The position numbers and the translations under genes are program-made. Positions 29,956-32,000 of a stretch of DNA of 32,000 nucleotides are shown here, one piece after another. Each line of letters begins with the position of its first letter. Position 1 is the first letter of the stretch. Source of the stretch: Nitrosomonas europaea (lineage in GTDB: Bacteria; Pseudomonadota; Gammaproteobacteria; Burkholderiales; Nitrosomonadaceae); NCBI RefSeq assembly GCF_900167395.1, contig NZ_FUWK01000012.1:24146-56145 (forward strand), read 5' to 3'. The notes beneath the pieces were generated by a model, which was not told the origin of the DNA, did no database searches, and was given only the letters and a program-made list of their open reading frames with translations.

Positions 29956-30142
29956 GTGACTGACCTTGATCCAGCCAGTGAAGCTCGGGTGGGCCAGGGA
30001 TAACCTGGTGCAGGTGTGGTGCCGGGTCAAGTCCAACCAGGGTGCGCCGGGGTGCTGATGGGGGAGCACCCTCAACTCAGCGAAATCGGAACGCCGCGGA
30101 CACCGCTTCGCTCGTTATGCCGACGACGTGATCATCCTGGGC
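29956..30142 (+). pseudogene. Group II intron reverse transcriptase (intron-encoded protein) remnant, internally deleted and frameshifted
   Basis: AAGGAG (29945-29950) and GTG (29956) precede the remnant. One frame (29960-30052) reads LTLIQPVKLGWARDNLVQVWCRVKSNQGAPG, the typical RT-0 motif (..NL...W.RVK.NKGAPGVDG), and is then broken by a frameshift and TGA. Only about 10 codons later the same frame (30077-30142) reads SAKSERRGHRFARYADDVIILG, the RT-5 YADD block with its usual ELERRGHRF.RYADD context. The roughly 190 codons expected between these motifs are missing, as are the thumb/maturase domains. Confidence 0.7.
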
Positions 30143-30730
30143 ACGACCCAAAATCTCCCGAACTATGTCCGACTTTGCATCAGCGTAGTTCTGCATGTGC
30201 TTCCAAGTGCGCGCTGCTAAAGTGCGCTTCACATTCTCATACCGCTGCCGATCGTCGTCGTGCACCCGAAGCCAGTTACGAAAGGCCAACATACGATCGA
30301 TTTCTTCACACTCAGCGGAGAATACATGGAGATGCCATTCCATATCGCCTGACTTCAACCGAAAAAAGCGGTGCTCATACCAGCCAGGCTCGCGCGCCTG
30401 CAGCACAAATCCCTGTTGTTCAAGCGGTAGAACATAGGACTTTTCGTCCGCTGAATCGGTGACTCCGAGCAGCATATCGATGATCAGCTTGGCGGCAAGA
30501 CCTGGGACAGACGTCGACCCGACATGCTCGACCAACAATGCCTTTTCCGAGAGGGCTGACCGAATCTTATCTGCAGCCACCGAAAACATTGATGGCCAAC
30601 GGAGATCGTATTCGGCAAGCTGAATTCGATCGTTCAGCGGTTTGCGCTCACCAATTGTGACTGAGGTGAGATATTCATCGGTCACAGGTTCTGAAGGCGG
30701 TGGAATCTGCCATTTCCTCTTGCGATTCAT
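30077..30730 (-). CDS. GrpB family protein (UPF0157), in integron-cassette position
   Basis: 217-aa ORF with GrpB motifs IQLAEYDLRWPSMF, VEHVGSTSVPGLAAKLIIDM and the C-terminal YADAKSDIVREIL. The last ~20 codons (DDHVVGITSEAVSAAFRFR) are the antisense of the RT remnant, so the native 3' end was probably replaced. Confidence 0.85.
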   Translation of the reverse strand: MNRKRKWQIPPPSEPVTDEYLTSVTIGERKPLNDRIQLAEYDLRWPSMFSVAADKIRSALSEKALLVEHVGSTSVPGLAAKLIIDMLLGVTDSADEKSYVLPLEQQGFVLQAREPGWYEHRFFRLKSGDMEWHLHVFSAECEEIDRMLAFRNWLRVHDDDRQRYENVKRTLAARTWKHMQNYADAKSDIVREILGRAQDDHVVGITSEAVSAAFRFR

Positions 30731-30938
30731 TTTTCGATCTCAGTGCTCAGCTCTCTTCTAGGTTCGCGGGATCGGCTGTGCGTCTAACGTAATATATAAG
30801 ACATTTTATCTAATAATCTTGAGTTTGATGCCGTATAACTTTGGGATGGGTTAGTTAACATTATGTATTTAATAATAAATAGTGAGTTGAACAAGACAAT
30901 TTTCACAGGCAGATACGACAATGCAACCAGCATAAAAA
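30731..30938 (-). other. attI-like spacer between intI and the first cassette, with candidate core site GTTAGAC
   Basis: This 208-nt spacer is mostly AT-rich and lies between the divergent GrpB ORF and the intI pseudogene. On the minus strand, GTTAGAC (30789-30783) fits GTTRRRY. It sits about 150 nt from the intI start and 53 nt before the GrpB ATG. The assignment rests on position and consensus only. Confidence 0.4.
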
Positions 30939-31578
30939 ATGCTTAATCCGGTACGTGAGAAAGTAAGGTACAAACACTACAGTTTGAGTACAGAAAGAAC
31001 TTATATTTCATGGATTAAGCACTATATTGTTTTTCATGGCAAACGTCATCCGACTGAAATGGGTTCAATCGAGGTAGAACAATTTTTGTCTTATCTTGCC
31101 AATGAACGGTATGTGTCCAGTGCCACGCAAAATCAGGCATTATTGGCTATCCTTTTTTATATCGAGAGGTTTTAGAGCTAAAACTGCCATGGATGGATGG
31201 GATGGCTTTGAACGATCAAAAAAAACGCTTGCCTGTGGTATTAAGGAGCCTCTGCACGAATCCTTCATGAGCCACATTGCGGGCAAAATCATGATGATCG
31301 CCAGGAGCGCAACGAAGTCGAGCTGAGTGACGTCATCATGTCGATGAGAAACAGGTACAGCGCTATGTCAAGAAAGCAGCATTGCTGGCGAGGATAGCCA
31401 GCCAACATCACCTCATACACTGCGTCATTCCTTTGCCACGCATATTTTGCAGGCGGGTTATGATATTCGCACAGTGCGGGAATTGCTGGGGCACAGTGAT
31501 GTTTCAACGACGATGATTTATACGCATGTTTTGAATAAAGGTGGCAAAGGCGTCATCAGCCCTTTGGATCATTTATGA
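30939..31578 (+). pseudogene. intI: Integron integrase intI pseudogene (tyrosine recombinase) with internal deletion and multiple frameshifts
   Basis: Homology runs through five frame segments. (1) 30939-31175: MLNPVREKVRYKHYSLSTERTYISWIKHYIVFHGKRHP..VEQFLSYLANERYVSSATQNQALLAILF, then TAG. (2) 31166-31243: EVLELKLPWMDGMALNDQKKRLPVVL. (3) to 31326: KEPLHESFMSHIAGKIMMIA. (4) 31352-31395: [13 protein letters not shown]. (5) 31390-31578: [58 protein letters not shown], then stop. This last segment carries the box II H..R, H and Y. The total is 640 nt, against roughly 1 kb for intact intI genes. Confidence 0.85.
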
Positions 31579-31688
31579 AGCAAAGTTCATTCGGCTTGGT
31601 TTTGCCGGTATTGGTCAGTTAGCGTTTGCCATGGGGGCATCAGGTTCTGGATGATTGGTGAAGTTACCAAATTAGGTGTTTGGTCCCG

Positions 31689-32000
31689 CATTGTGATGGT
31701 GTATTGTATGATTTGCTACCGACACAGGAGGAATTATGGGACAGATATTACACGGGAGCGCCCGCACGACAGCGGCGGTGCGTCGAGCGATACAACATAG
31801 TGAAGAGAGCCTGAATGTGCTGGCCAGGCGCTACGCCATCAATCCCAAGACGGTGGCGAAATGGAAGAAGCGCAACTTTACGCACGATGCCAGGATGGGT
31901 CCGAAAGAGCCGCGTTCCACGGTTCTGACACCAGAGCAGGAAGCCGCTTGCGTAGCCTTCCGCAAACATACGCTGCTGCCGTTGGATGACTGCCTTTACG
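31689..32000 (+). mobile_element. IS481-family insertion sequence, 5' portion (left boundary not determined)
   Basis: It contains the transposase start above. The left inverted repeat cannot be defined without the right end. The TG-rich segment CATTGTGATGGTGTATTGTATGATTTGC (31689-31716) is a candidate terminal region. Confidence 0.5.
31736..32000 (+). CDS. IS481-family transposase, N-terminal part (runs off the window end)
   Basis: This open frame is not in the ORF track because no stop falls in the window. AGGAGG (31726-31731) precedes the ATG at 31736. Translation: MGQILHGSARTTAAVRRAIQHSEESLNVLARRYAINPKTVAKWKKRNFTHDARMGPKEPRSTVLTPEQEAACVAFRKHTLLPLDDCLY. This is the HTH N-terminus I recognise from IS481-family DDE transposases. 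Confidence 0.8.
   Translation, partial: MGQILHGSARTTAAVRRAIQHSEESLNVLARRYAINPKTVAKWKKRNFTHDARMGPKEPRSTVLTPEQEAACVAFRKHTLLPLDDCLY

Noticed and set aside
30039-30045. GTCCAAC (RYYYAAC; GTTGGAC on the minus strand) as a possible attC core downstream of GrpB.
   Set aside because: It lies inside the RT-0 coding motif (VKSNQG), which explains its presence. I could find no partner inverted core or attC-like imperfect palindrome nearby.
29735-30075. Minus-strand ORFs 29735-29944 (69 aa) and 29893-30075 (60 aa) between osmC and GrpB.
   Set aside because: They lie antisense to the intron/RT remnant, have no SD and are of low plausibility. The region is better explained as mobile-element debris.
30016-30462. 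A 148-aa plus-strand ORF spanning the RT remnant and the GrpB gene.
   Set aside because: It is a composite of a shifted frame of the RT remnant followed by the antisense of GrpB, rich in Arg/Pro/Ser/His, and is not a real gene.
31096-31507. ORFs 31096-31326(+) and 31289-31507(-) as independent small genes.
   Set aside because: The plus-strand ORF is simply one of the shifted frames of the intI pseudogene, and the minus-strand ORF is its antisense shadow.

Overview
This 32-kb window comes from a roughly 50% GC betaproteobacterial chromosome. Gene order and protein sequences look Nitrosomonas/Nitrosomonadales-like, but that is my unchecked inference. Positions 1-27,000 are densely packed conserved core genes. 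On the plus strand these are a LysM protein, dprA, smg and a type IA topoisomerase, then aroA-cmk-rpsA-ihfB-lapA-pyrF. On the minus strand they are suhB, an MlaD/MCE protein, a PqiC-like lipoprotein, lptM, lysA and squalene synthase. The core also holds trmJ, a GST, purB, the heat-shock cluster grpE-dnaK-dnaJ with two sigma-32-type promoters, and a 1090-aa MscK-type mechanosensitive channel. The last ~5 kb (27.2-32 kb) is accessory. It starts with a tetR / flavin monooxygenase / osmC module, followed by a decayed integron platform. That platform has a GrpB-family ORF in cassette position, an AT-rich attI-like spacer with a GTTAGAC core, and an intI pseudogene with an internal deletion and several frameshifts. 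A doubly deleted group II intron reverse-transcriptase remnant lies antisense to the 3' end of the GrpB ORF and is fused with it. The 5' part of an IS481-family element runs off the window end. I saw no rRNA, tRNA or CRISPR array. I did not find an intact multi-gene system that looks like an undescribed defence or mobile system. The most unusual items are the integron/intron wreckage, an orphan MCE-PqiC pair inside an envelope-lipid gene string, a sub-threshold lptM ORF, and a short motif recurring in intergenic regions.
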